From positions 48,794,001 to 48,858,000 of the forward strand of contig CM060731.1 of the NCBI GenBank assembly GCA_030704615.1: DNA of 64,000 bases, read 5' to 3'. Positions within the stretch are counted from its first letter, which is position 1; every line of letters begins with the position of its first letter. This document shows, one piece after another, positions 38,901 through 50,967 of this stretch. Origin of the DNA: Takakia lepidozioides. Lineage: Eukaryota > Plantae > Bryophyta. Below the pieces are notes generated by a model. The model ran no database searches, had not been told where the DNA came from, and worked only from the letters and a program-made list of their open reading frames with translations. A program made the translations under genes and the position numbers.

Positions 38901-40403
38901 TGGTTGGTAAGGGATGAGAGGTTATATAAGATGTCATAGGTTGGTTAGAGATTAAGGAGTGGAATGTAGAACCAAGCTTGGAGATGTTGACCCCTCGTGA
39001 TGGGAAGGTTCAGGGTGGCTGACATACACTGGTGGATGTGAGCAGGGGAAGGCACAGCTAGTGGTGATTGCCCACGATGTGGACCCTATTGAGCTTGTGG
39101 TGTGGTTGCCAGCCCTGTGCCGCAAGATGGGAGTACCTTATGCTATTGTTAAGGGCAAGTCGCGTCTGGGCGCGGTAAGAGGTCATCCTCAGTACTGCTA
39201 CTTTCTTCATCTAGGCACTGTTAGGCTGCCACCAGGCAATGATGTTCTCTCGGCTGAAATGTAGATGAGTAGAATAAAGTAATGCAGTCTGCATAGCTGT
39301 GTTGAGGTAACTCCCTTCAGTATCTTGCCTGGTATGTCAGATTGTACACAGCAGGACAGCTACAGCACTGTGCTTGACTTCAGTGAAGAATGAGGACAAG
39401 CATGACTTCTCCAAAGTTGTCGAGGCTGTAAAGGTAAACTCTTCACAGTATATCCATTGGCCGGGGCTATTTTCTTGGTTTGTGAACATACCATGGATAA
39501 GCACACTTTTGTATGGCTTGGGTATGCTTCTTAGTGTAGGTGCAGGATTATCGCTGTTCATCTCTTCTGGTGTTCGAAGTATGTGGAGGTTCTGTAAACA
39601 CAAGGGGGTGTTGTCATTTGATGGGTTTATCAATTTCTTCTTGGAGTGACATTCTTCGGTCACCTACAGTCTCTCTCTCCTTCTGCTCTTTCCCTCTTGT
39701 TGTGGGTGTGTAGTCTGTGCTAGACTTCCATGAGTACACATCAATGTAATTTATGATGCCCACCCGCTTCCGTGCAGGCAAATTTCAATGATCGCTTTGA
39801 TGAGTTCCGGAGGCAATGGGGTGGAGGCATCATGGGTGTCAAGTCGCAAGCTAAGACAAAGGCTAGGGAGCGTCTCTTAGCTAAGGAAGCTGCCCAACGC
39901 ATGTCCTGAGAGACTTGTCCCAGTAGTCTTATTGTGCCAGACGTCTTCATGGAAGCAAATTGTTTTTAGGTATGATGAAGAGTATGCCGTCATACCAGAG
40001 ACGCTTACTTCCAAACAAAGATCGATGAAGAGTTTTGTTTTGAGAGTCTTGCCTGTCAAAGCTATGATTCATTAGTGCGGAGTTTATGTATAGATTCTCA
40101 AATGTCTGACAAGATAAGAAGCTGATGCTGATTAAGAGTGTTACCGCGAGCTACACCGGATAACCATGCAACCTATCCACTAACCATGGATGATATTACT
40201 GAGTGTGGAAGGACCAGAAACTAGTTGCCTGTGGGCAGTTCTAGATGAGATAAGAAGCTGATGCTGATTAAGAGTGTTACCGTGAGCTACACGAGATAAC
40301 CTTGCAACCTATCCACTAACCACGGATGATATTACTGAGTGTGGAAGGACCAGAAACTAGTTGCCTGTGGGGAGTTCTATCAACCCTGATGACTCTTTCA
40401 TCA
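35948..40403 (+). repeat. Segmental duplication, copy 2 (lacks the MULE)
   Basis: TTTTCATCTGTTTGCCTTTAGTACCA-ATCTGGGTG-CGTAGGTGCTC joins the two MULE flanks. An internal ~135-bp tandem duplication lies at ~40112-40380. Confidence 0.95.
37214..39909 (+). CDS. RPL7a: 60S ribosomal protein L7a (eL8), copy 2
   Basis: Exons: 37214-37216 (alternative ATG 37299-37301), 37721-37777, 37909-38116, 38578-38747, 39046-39174, 39341-39433, 39778-39909. Exon lengths equal copy 1 and the ORF is intact. Confidence 0.96.
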
Positions 40404-42329
40404 TTAGTTTGACATGCTTTCATGGGGTGTCTGTCAATATGGCACTGTTTTCAGCTGGCTTGGAATGCTCTCAGTCAGGATAATGTACTTAAAAGAAGTG
40501 CAGATGCCGGGTTCTTTCCAGATGCTAACTGCATGTGGCCATTGTGTTAGTGTGGTTTAAGCCAAATCCTCTTACAGTGGCAAGGCTGTGATAGTGTATG
40601 CACATTAATGAAATCCTGACCCAGTCGTCCAGCTGATGGATAAGTTGTCCCTGTGGGATCGGGGTTCACATTTGTGAAGTGCTTTGAGAGTTCAGGACCC
40701 AAATTTGAGTAGTCTTGATCATGAGGCGATGCAGAATGAGCATGTGCAGTGTTTTGGGCTACAGCGCTGCAAGACTGGGCTCTCTGCTGACAAGGTGACA
40801 GCAAGTTTATTTGAGCCTGGTGTGAAGTGTGAAGTCTCCAAATTTGCGCAGTCCACAGTAGAGTCGATTAGATAATCCAGATAGCGAATTTGAATCGTTC
40901 TCTGTGGATCCAGATCACTATCCAAAGCTACGTGCTCTGTCACATCTCTCACGTCTCCCTTACATATGTTGGGGACCCTCGGTGTGGGGCTAGGTCAATG
41001 GGTCTGAGACTTTTGAAGAGTGCCCCTGTCAACTATAAGACTAGAATTGTGAGGAGACACTCCAGCCATGTGTTGAGCAGACAGCTCTGCAATGCAGTGT
41101 GCGACATGCCACACTGGATTTGGCTCCTGTTACACAACTCGAGACCAGCTGCTTGATCCGGATCAACACATAACCAGTGATGACCATCGCCGAATTCATT
41201 TCGTCGGAGGTCTAATTACACCTATGTGGTGCACATGGCTGCACGGATCTGAGTCAGCTGCTGAAGTAATCCACAGCCTGCTCATAATTCTTTGAAGTGA
41301 GATAAAGCGGGCACATGAGCATTTATTCTGCAGCCAGCCACCTTCGATGGGGATTAGAAGACAGAGTCTGCATCCACCTAGCTAGTAGCAACTCAGTCAT
41401 CAACAGCAAAGAACTGCCCAGAATTTTCCAATGTGATTCAAGGCCTCCCCGACTGGAAATACTCCCGCTCAAATTGGAGGATCATCTGCAGATTGTACGA
41501 CTGCCGCAGATTTTCGCATGCGGTGTCGACATTTCTTTTATATCATTTCTTTATATCACTTCTTTTCAGGAGCTTTTTCTTTTTCTCTTGAGAGGCTTTC
41601 TTCTTTTCCTTCAAGCAAGTTGAAGCAACCGTCCATTGGTGTTATGCTCCCTTTTGCGCTTTCTCCTTGTTTGGAAAGGCTATGACAGGCCTATGACAAA
41701 TAACGTGAAAATTACTTTATTCACAAATGAGGTAACAAAATTGTGGATGCCACGGTTAAGGATTCTTGAATTGCATTACCACAGGATTACCACAAATGTG
41801 AAAATTGAATGTGAAAATCAACATGTAGCTTGTGTGGTATCTCAACAAAGTTTTTTTCTTAGTGATACACAACTAACATTCAAAACTGAATTGGATACAG
41901 TAAATGAATCCTCATACGGTACTTCAATCCTTCTTCTAGAATCCTTCTTCTGCAGACACACAAAACAAAGACATTGTTCACAGTAGTTGCAAACTGTTGG
42001 CCAACACCACGTACAAATTGCATCGGAACTTGTCATCCAAAGATCTGTTGCAAACGGCCTTGTGTCTCTTCGTTTCTGTAGAAATTGTAGATTCACCTTT
42101 TGCACTACTCCAAAATTCATCATCTTCTTGTATTGCACTCAAGTCAAGGCTGTAATTCTTGTGCAGATGATGTTTTGAGAGCAACTGCCGATCTGATGAA
42201 GGGAGTGTAGCTGATGCCAATAGGTGCCACCGGTTGCCGAAGCTCACTAGGAACTAAGGGGAGCGACTCGGAACAATTGACGGGCACTGGAACTACCGAA
42301 GTACATGGAGTGGTTTGAATAGTATATGA

Positions 42330-43000
42330 GATATCGGAAGATCATGCTCCCTCTACGCAGTATCTCGCTAAGATCTCTTCATACTTTGCTTTCTCATTTG
42401 CAAATGCTCTCTCAAATGTAAGTGGCTTGCCTTCGAAAACCTCCCCAGATATGATGCGGGCCAATCAGCATCTTTTCAATTTGATTGTACCTAGGCAACA
42501 CAAAACAGGCAGCTAATTAGAATCATGAAGGCATAGATTCAAGTATACAACTCATTAATGATTCATTTCACAAGCAGCATGGAGATAACTTATTGTTGGT
42601 AGGATTTCGGGTCTCTGTGGCCCGTTTGCTCCATTCCAATATGTGTTGGAACCATTGCTTGTTCCATCCGTGTAATTCCAATACCTCTTCCAGTTTTATT
42701 CGTCAAAACTTTTCCAGCTAGCTGAGGAATGTCCTTGGTCATTCTCTCTGTGTAACTTCTCACAGTGTTCCTTCCTATTGGAATCGTTGTGTACCAGACT
42801 GGATCCATAAAATTCCACTTGACACGGGGGGGTCAAAAAGAGAGGATGCGGTGGTGGTTCACTAGCCTCCCAAGTAGGCCGCTTACTTTTCATCAGCAAG
42901 AATGCCTCAATCACTTATTGGTTTGGGCAAGTCAACTGCTTGTCGATCGAAGGTTGCAGAGCAGTGATCAACATCAATCTTGTAATTTTTTGAGGCCCTC
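42330..43000 (-). pseudogene. Crypton/DUF3504-like tyrosine recombinase C-terminal half
   Basis: SKNYKIDVDHC, PLFLTP, WYTTIPIGRNTV, LTNKTGRGIGITRM and TGHRDPKSYQ. An intron at 42593-42491 (donor mutated GT>AT) is followed by YNQ, which supplies the likely catalytic Tyr. Frameshifts are present. Confidence 0.75.
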
Positions 43001-43459
43001 TGATGATACATGTAACAAGTATACACGCATGGCAAGCAATAAATAACTCTTGAAGCGATTTTTGCACTATAACTTACTGCTAAGAGAACATCCTATCTGC
43101 TTACATCATCCCTACTCTTAGGATTCCCAAGATTTCAATGCAGACTCAAGCGGACTTGGCGTTTACCGGAAGCAAGATCGTAGCGCACAAGTTTTGTCTG
43201 GAAAACTAACACAAGGCCTAGGCAAACTACTGTCAATTGAGAGCTACCAATCAACAGAATCGAAGAATTCCCCTGGGGGTGGGAGCAAACTCTGCAAGAC
43301 TTTCATGATTCTCAGTAATCTGGTCAGTTGCGCTCCAACTATATTTTACTATAATGGCTCCCCCTCCCAGTCACTTCAAGCAGCTCCCCACTGGGGCCCT
43401 TGATTCTAATTCCTTGTACTCCACCTGGATAAAAGCTTATATAACTTTGTTATTGACAC

Positions 43460-44045
43460 AGTGTGTGATGTACCCGGCGAAAGATCGTTAGGTAAGGAAC
43501 ATCGTGTACTCACTCCTCTTGTGTTTAGTATGGCGATATGGCGTCCGGGTTAGTAAAGATGGTAGCGGCAAAGTGGTAGGGCTTGATGCCCTCGGGACTA
43601 CTTATACTTATGCTAAGAGCTATTAACCAGGGTCCAGGTATACCAAGCATACTTCTTCGGCAACCCATGGCGCTGTTTGTGTTCTTTGTTGGCATTAACA
43701 TCCGCACTTATGTTTCTATATGAGCTTGTTTATACTGGAGCTTTTTGAGTTGCTCCGTAGTTATTGCCACAAACTTAGTCAGTGTATGTACATGTATATG
43801 TGTGACAGGGATTTTCCCTCACATTCAGGTTCAATCAAACGTCTTCGCTGTTATGCAAGATTCTAAGCTGCCCTTGCTCTTCTACAGTACATCCATCTTC
43901 ACAGTGTGACAGAGTGTAATTTGGGTATCTTTGCAAGTATCTTGTTTCTCAGCCTTATGTTCTGCTATCTAGTTTAGTATTGTGTTTTGCAAGAGAGGAG
44001 ATATGGCAGATGTTGACGATTCATAGGTTATGGCATGGGCCCACA
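43460..44045 (+). mobile_element. Possible Copia LTR remnant with PBS-like motif
   Basis: LTR-like composition ending ..GATTCA, followed by AGGTTATGGCATGGGCCCA. This resembles the GGTTATGGGCCCA half-tRNAiMet PBS of some Copia lineages. Confidence 0.3.
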
Positions 44046-46894
44046 CTACGGGCGTAAAGGCCAAGGAAAAAGTTGGGGGAAAGGATGTCTTCTACCAATC
44101 ACTTGGATTTTGATGGACGAGATCTCCTTGCCCGGGGTTTTTTTATTTAAGCACAGCCAACAGAGGGTTGTTAGAGAGGGAGCCTCCGAGTAAATCAAGT
44201 GCACTTCTAAGTTATCTCGTGTACTCAGAGCATTCGCAAACCCTTTCACGTACACGTACATCCATTTCGGGGGAAAGTAACCCTATTCATTGGCCAGCTT
44301 TTTAGTTATAGCTCTGGTTTTGTCTCAAAAGAGAGCTGTCTATGCCATCATTCAATGTTCTCTCAGCGTTTTCTTGAATTTGCATGGGGGCTCTTCCTAC
44401 TGTGTCGAAAGCTGCTGTGTGTGTGTGGACATAATTTGAGATACTCTCTCACCCCCACTTCTTTTCTCCCACGCTGAACATACTCTCGGCAGGATCGAAG
44501 TTGTGAAAGTAATCACCTGCTTATTGTAAACCCTCCTGAAATTGAATGACTGCTGTTTCCTGACTGTTTCGACTTCAAGATGCTTTGGATAGCATTGCCC
44601 CTGCCTTCCAAGATCCGGTCGTAGCTGTTAAACCTTACATACAATTGCCATCGACCCCGTGTATTGCGAAGAAGTTGACCAAGAAGAAGAGTGCACTGGA
44701 AGAAGAAAACGAGAGGGAGGGAGGGAGGGAGGAAGGTTGAGATTCCCAATCGGAAGTTTTGATCAAATACTGTATAGCCACGTTGAAAGCACGCTGACAG
44801 TTCGAAGGAATTGGAAAGGAGGGACAGTAATTCCATGCCTTTTGACCCTGGAACTTGTAGAATCTTGGAACTGATTCCAATGTATGGTCAGTAGGTCTCA
44901 CGGTTTTCCCTTGCCTCGCAAGCAAGTCAAATTGTCAGATGTTTGTGTGGTACCCACATAGGATGCTTAGTACATCTGACACATCTAGTGTCCTAATGTG
45001 AAGATTCTTTCTTTTTTCCTTTCTTTCTGATTTATATTGGTAATCTGAGCAGTATCAAATTTCGAAGTTGTTGGAAGACGACTGTCATCTGTGAAGTTTT
45101 GAAAGCCCATACAAGCCTGAGAGGTAGTATTTGACCAAAGCCTGTTGTGTTTATCTCTGGTTGCATCAGTAAAGCTTTTTGCATCTTGAATGTCATGTTG
45201 CAAGTTTGATAATACCCTTCTTGTATTGGAAATCAGCATGTTATCAAGTTGCGGTAATCACAGTATAGGAAGGTAACCATTCATGTAACTTCCAGTTGTA
45301 GTCTTCCTTTTGTTTCCATACAAGTCAATACTTGAAGATTGGAGAGACGCACCTGGAACCCCACTTCTATGGGCTGATCAGTTTGTAGGAAGCAAACATA
45401 GAAAGAGGCGAACACAAAAGATTCCCTGAAATAAACGAACATTGATCAAGCTACATAATCTGCTTTTCACTCATCGTGACAACTTGCACATGAACAGCTC
45501 ACAATTTCTGTTGGATGACACTCCAGAAAGACATGGATAGAAGTGCATGTGTGCCATTGATGCGACCGTATGTTTCCGATTGGCAAGGCTGTCTCATCTT
45601 TGCATGATTTCATGCTCTCCAATGTGTCCAAAAATGTCTTAGGTGGTTATGTAGATTGTGGCTTTGAATTTGCAATGCGCAACTGCGTGATACTTTCCCA
45701 AAGCCATAGCAACTCAAGTCAAACTCATTAATGTACTGTACCACATGCAGAACCACATTGTCCACCAGACAGCTTCGATCATGCTTGTGGGTCCCTCTAC
45801 ATAGGACCTGTTTCTTATCATATTTTTTGGCAAAGGGACCGTCCATGATCCATGATTATGCATTCTGGATGGAAATTATCTTATATTCCACGTTATACCT
45901 GTAGGTAGGTCTGATCTGATCCCAAAGGTCTCCAATACTCATCTAGGCTATTCTGACAACCGGCCCACATTTCCCTTTTCTGCAAAAACAGGGAACACTG
46001 GAGAAAAAGCCATAAAGGAATCCGTGACAGTTTCTCCCGCGTTTCTTTCTCGTCTCTCACGTTCAATCTAGGTGGATGGGATATTATGTGGTACAAGGGT
46101 AGATTAAAGATATGTCTTGAAAGTAGATCGCATCCCGACAACGCGGTTTCCAACGGCTGTGGGCTGATGAGGGTGGGGCTGTCTTGTTCTGCATCGCTAC
46201 ATACTCTGTCTACCGGTACCTGCTCTTTAAATTGCTTCTCCACCCGGGGCCTTTGACCGCACTCTGTTAGTTTATGAGTCTAGGAGTGTTACTCCTTCGT
46301 TTCTTTCCAGCATTGTCCCAAAAGTCTCGCAGTTTGGGCTCTCAAATATCACTTGTCTTGTGTCTGGGTCTGTCAATCGCCGTCTCCGTCTGGCTTATGT
46401 AGTCGCTCACATACACACAAATCCAGTGGGGGGCTGACTACAACAGTACAACGGCCTCTGGAGACTGTTTGATACCGGGAGGCTCACAAGTTGTTGCCGT
46501 GGGGCATGTGAGGGAAAGCGGTTGTCTGGGCTTCGAGTAGGTGACAGTTGTTACGTTTGCTGCAAACAAGTTCTCTTGTATGAAGGAGCACTGGGGATGA
46601 GCGATTTCATGGGTGGTGCTTAAACTCGCCTCGAGGACGTACACGCTCTGTCCAAGCGCAAAGCCATTCACCACTGAAACAGCCGATTGAACCCAGAGAT
46701 AAGAGCATTTCATCCTCTGTGCCATGGAGTTTCTCGCCGTCTTCGACGAAAGCTGCCTTGATACCTACACGGGCCTGCTCCCGCTCCTTTGGAAAGCCGT
46801 TTTAAGGATACATGATGGGGTACATCGCAGTTCGTACGAGACACTTGGCGGAGATCCTGGGCGCAGGTCAAGGAAAAGAGGATGCAGAACACAT

Positions 46895-47398
46895 AAGCTG
46901 GGTTGTGATGGAAAACGAGGAACGTGGAGCCTCCGACTTCCCAAAATTCACTTCCGAAAACGCGTGAGCTTTCCTGCAAAAGTGCTCCGAAAGTTTTGAG
47001 ATTCAAGTTCCGTGCAAGCAGACAGGGAGAACCGACAGACACATCGATGACTAATTCCGAACCACAATTACTTTTCGAGGTTGGAGAACTCACAAATCAG
47101 GTATCCAAGCAGGCGGTGGCCCGAATTCAGAGGAATTCCAGGTCTTGAAACAAGAGTAGTACAGCAGTTGATGTAGGGCGAACGGATAATCAGGTTTTAA
47201 CAATTCCTGGGAGACTCTTTTCCAGGAAGAATCCTGGCACGGACCAGTCTCCCTTAGAACTCCCACAAGCTCCTGATAGAACGCTTGAGCTTGCGGATAC
47301 GGAAGTCCGGCCTCTTCAATGTCGAGCACTGTTAACTCCCATATAGTTTTGTTTGCAGATTTCAATGTCGACAATCGCGTGCAGATTCTGGGGCGCAC
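46895..47398 (-). pseudogene. Acyl-activating enzyme 17/18-like gene, N-terminal exons only
   Basis: LDIEEAGL..WKRVSQELLKPDYPFALHQLLYYSCF..FGPPPAWIPD is followed by a GTGAGT donor. A degenerate second exon (FGALLQE..FGSE) follows. No clear ATG or downstream AMP-binding exons were found. Confidence 0.75.
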
Positions 47399-48474
47399 AT
47401 GTTAATTTATCAAACATTTAGCTTTGAACTTCAAGCCAACCAGTCACCCATCAATGCACCCTAGTATTCCTGAGCACAGTACTCACTCTCCAAGCAGCTT
47501 CTCAATTCCAGATCTGCAATCGTCAGACTCCAGGAGGATGCACTGAATATCCACTCTACTGTACAGCTTTCCCTGCACCTGTGAGTGAACCCACGGTTGT
47601 CAGTGGAGCGTAGAGCACCGCGCCGGCATGAAATTCTGTAAGTTAGCGAGTCTTTTAAACCAATGAAGTTTGTCACTCTGGAGCTTTGCTTGTACATACA
47701 CAGTGAGCATGTGAACTAGTCTCAAACAGCTGCGCAACTCGCAAGACTCAGTACTTGGAGCATCCAGAGCAGCTTGGTTGTGTGCAGAGTACTCTGCGTG
47801 TGGAATCCAGACGTTATGAAGAAACAGATTGCTCAGATGAAAGCCCTCCTCTCTAAATTGCAGCAATGTTTCCCTCTTTAGTCATCTACTAGTTAAGGTC
47901 GATTTTAATCTTGAAAAGTTAATCTATGAAGGTTTAAGCCTTGGTTAAACAATAATACTATTCGACAATGTAACGCTTCGGATAGTAAATGATATCCGGT
48001 TCAGTTCATCAGAATGGCTCAGATTAAAAAGGTTAGCGTTGTTATGTACAATGACCAATGGGTCCACCGAACAAAGTCCAGCTAGCCTATACACAGTGAG
48101 CTTACACCCAGAAACCATACAGGGCTTCATACATGATCCAAGGAGTGCCATTCTCTCCCCAAAAAATTTCTTGTGTTCACAAGATTTTCGTAAGATGATG
48201 ATTTGGGGGGTGATGAAGGGGACATGTTGGTTTTTAATGCCAGTGAAGGGCAGCTGATGAGGCCATTCGCCGCTTGAAAACCAAGGAAAACATAACCTTG
48301 TAGGGGCCATAACACAATTAGGAAGGGAGAAATTGGGTACATTAACTCTTACACAATATAGCCCTTACTTAAAATAAGGGCTACAATCATCAAATTAAGA
48401 CTTTTTCTTGATTTCTTTATTGATTCACTTAGAGATGGAAGTAAGAATCAAATGTACATGATGAGTACCTCTAA

Positions 48475-48810
48475 GAGCTTCTCCACCGGGGGTACACTAA
48501 ACACCACTGCAGAGTAACCTCCCGCTGCCTCGAACACTCCCCTCGCCCAATGGCAACTCCATCAAACTTGCCCTGCACATGTAATTTTTGATGACGTGCC
48601 TTGCAGCAGAGGGACCACCTAAAAGACACCGCCTTACCATCACGCCATAAATGCACGCTGACGTGCTTTTTAGTCGCTCCAGCAGGTACCGGCCGGGCTG
48701 ACGAGGGCCTGTATCTGTATCCTGCAACCAAAGTGCGGGCCCGGGGGGTGCGAGGGCCAGGGGCTCAAATACACTTGCCGTGGCATTGAAGGACACTGGT
48801 GGGGATGCTC
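48475..48810. mobile_element. PIF/Harbinger (Tourist-like) MITE
   Basis: TAA|GAGCTTCTCCACCGG ... CTGGTGGGGATGCTC|TAA, i.e. an imperfect 15-bp TIR and a TAA TSD. Confidence 0.8.
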
Positions 48811-49074
48811 TAAGTTGCAGTTCTCTCTGTACAGTTGTATAGCACTTAGAAGACTAGATAGCTTGACATCTTTGAATGTTAGTGGGTTGGGATGTCAAAG
48901 TTGCAACCATTTGCTCTTCAGCGCCAAATACTTCATCTTTAATCACTTCATAGTGTTGTTAAGGCTGAATCTTAACTTCATAGTGTACAAATTCATTTCT
49001 TACATGCAAACAATAATTGCTCTTGCTGCTGCTAATAACCCAGAAATACTTTTGATAAGTGTGACATTGTTGGG

Positions 49075-49138
49075 TGTGTGTTTGTGTGTATATATATATA
49101 TATATATATTCTCTCTCTCTTTCTAGAGAGAGAGAGAG
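49075..49138. repeat. Compound microsatellite (TG)n(TA)n(TC)n(AG)n
   Basis: Directly visible. Confidence 0.9.
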
Positions 49139-50107
49139 GGAATAAGCAGCAAAACATTCACGTGACAAAATATATTGTTATGTGAAATCTATTTTATGCA
49201 AGAAAGAAAATCATGAGTTCACATAAAATAAAATTTGCAAATACAATTCTATTTGTGATGGTTTCTTCACTGGTAATACTGACTATAAAAAAATCAACCA
49301 AAAACACATGTAGTCCAATTGATTAAGAAAATGTTCCTCAAGTGTTCCACACTTATGAATTAAATAACTGATATAATGAACTCTCAACGTGTATCATGGT
49401 TTTGAGTCTTTCTTATATCTTTTGGAATGAAGACATGTGTTCATGGCATTAAGGTGATTGTGACAACCAACATGGTTTTATAATGCAGTTGTTTTGGATG
49501 TGAATGGTCAAACTACAAATATTCACATCATATTGTTCACCACAAAAATAATTTGTAGTATATGTAACCACTTCATCAATGTTGTTTGAAATTTTTGAAT
49601 TGAACCACGTAAGCAATAACTTCAACTTGTGTGATACATGTCATGTAACCCGCAAATAATAATGGTCATACATTTATGTGTAGACGGGAGGTTTGACAAG
49701 ATACAAAACATAAATATAACATTGAAATTTTTAATTGAGCACTCGTAAATTATATATAGCTTGGAGGCATTGGCAAGTGCAAACTCTGAATTTGTCAAGA
49801 TGTTTGACATTTGTTAATGTATAGATGGACATGCGGATACTCGGAGATGCAAGTTAACGTGCAAACAAACGATCGATCGCTACTAAAATAGTGAGAAGTG
49901 TGAGGAATATCAACTTCTTAAACATTCTATATTTTATAACGAATTGCCTAGACTTGTAACTATTGAATATTGTGTAGATAAAAAGTTGCACATCAACATC
50001 AATAGCATGCACAATGGAACATTGGATGAGGAAGAAAAGGGGAAAGATATGAAGAACAAAAAGACACAAATGAGGATTAGGTTTATATTATCGATTGATA
50101 TTTTCAC

Positions 50108-50250
50108 AACGTGGAAGATTCACAATGTTTTCCATGTCAACCTTCTCAGAAAATATATGTCAGATTCATCTCATGTCTTGCCCACATTGCCTCAGGTTAT
50201 GACCGATGGTAAGTTGATAGCTAAACCTGAGAAAATCTTGAAAACGTACC
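50108..50250 (+). mobile_element. Gypsy integrase C-terminal fragment (region just upstream of a chromodomain)
   Basis: WKIHNVFHVNLLRKY..PEKIL. Confidence 0.7.
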
Positions 50251-50967
50251 TGTCGCGGCCTTTTGCCTTGAGGGCAGGGGGTCGGGACGCAGAGGGGCTG
50301 CCCCTGTGGTGGGGGCGGTGGCAGCAATAGGTAGGGGGGGGGCTGAAGCACCCGTGAGTTCCCAAGGCACTCAAGGAGGCGGAGGCATTCACTAGGTGGA
50401 GCCCTACACACCGGGTTGCGATGGGGGTGGCTCCACAAGGGGTGGTGGTAGCTTAGTGGGACTTAGTGGGGGTGGTTTAGGACTCACCATGGGGCGGAGA
50501 CCTTTGTGGTGGGAGTCGTGGGGAGTCTTGGGACTCACCACAGTCCAATGGGGCCGTGGTGGGTGGGCCAAGACTCATCACCGGGAATCGAGGGTCTTCG
50601 TGGTGGTTCGCCATAAAATGGCATGGTTGTTTGTGAAACCCCCGCGGACACTCACAGAAATATATATAGGGAGTAGTAACCCCGAGAACGGTGCAAACCC
50701 GTTGGTGCCAAAAAACTAGTGAGTAAACGAACGAGCCGGAAAGCGACCAAGAAGTGGGGAGCTATTCCGGACTGGCATCTACCAAAGGGAATTTCCACTA
50801 GGCCCAAATTGGTGGAGGGTCTGTTGGAAGAGTAAGGGGGACCGTTATTTCTCGGTGAGCAGCCGAAACTCCGAGTTGGCCCGACGGCCAGGTTGGGAGT
50901 TAGGCGCGCGCATCAAAGTGAGTAACTATGACTTAAATGGGAGCTTACCGAAGTGAAGTGCGCGACA
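50251..50967 (+). mobile_element. Solo Gypsy LTR (same family as 60778-61480, opposite orientation)
   Basis: TGTCGCG...CGCGACA termini and colinear similarity to the reverse complement of 60778-61480. No matching TSD (GTACC vs ATTCA). Confidence 0.9.

Noticed and set aside
44500-46250. Kinase-like or other gene fragments
   Set aside because: Only a VAVK-like string is present, with no supporting kinase motifs.
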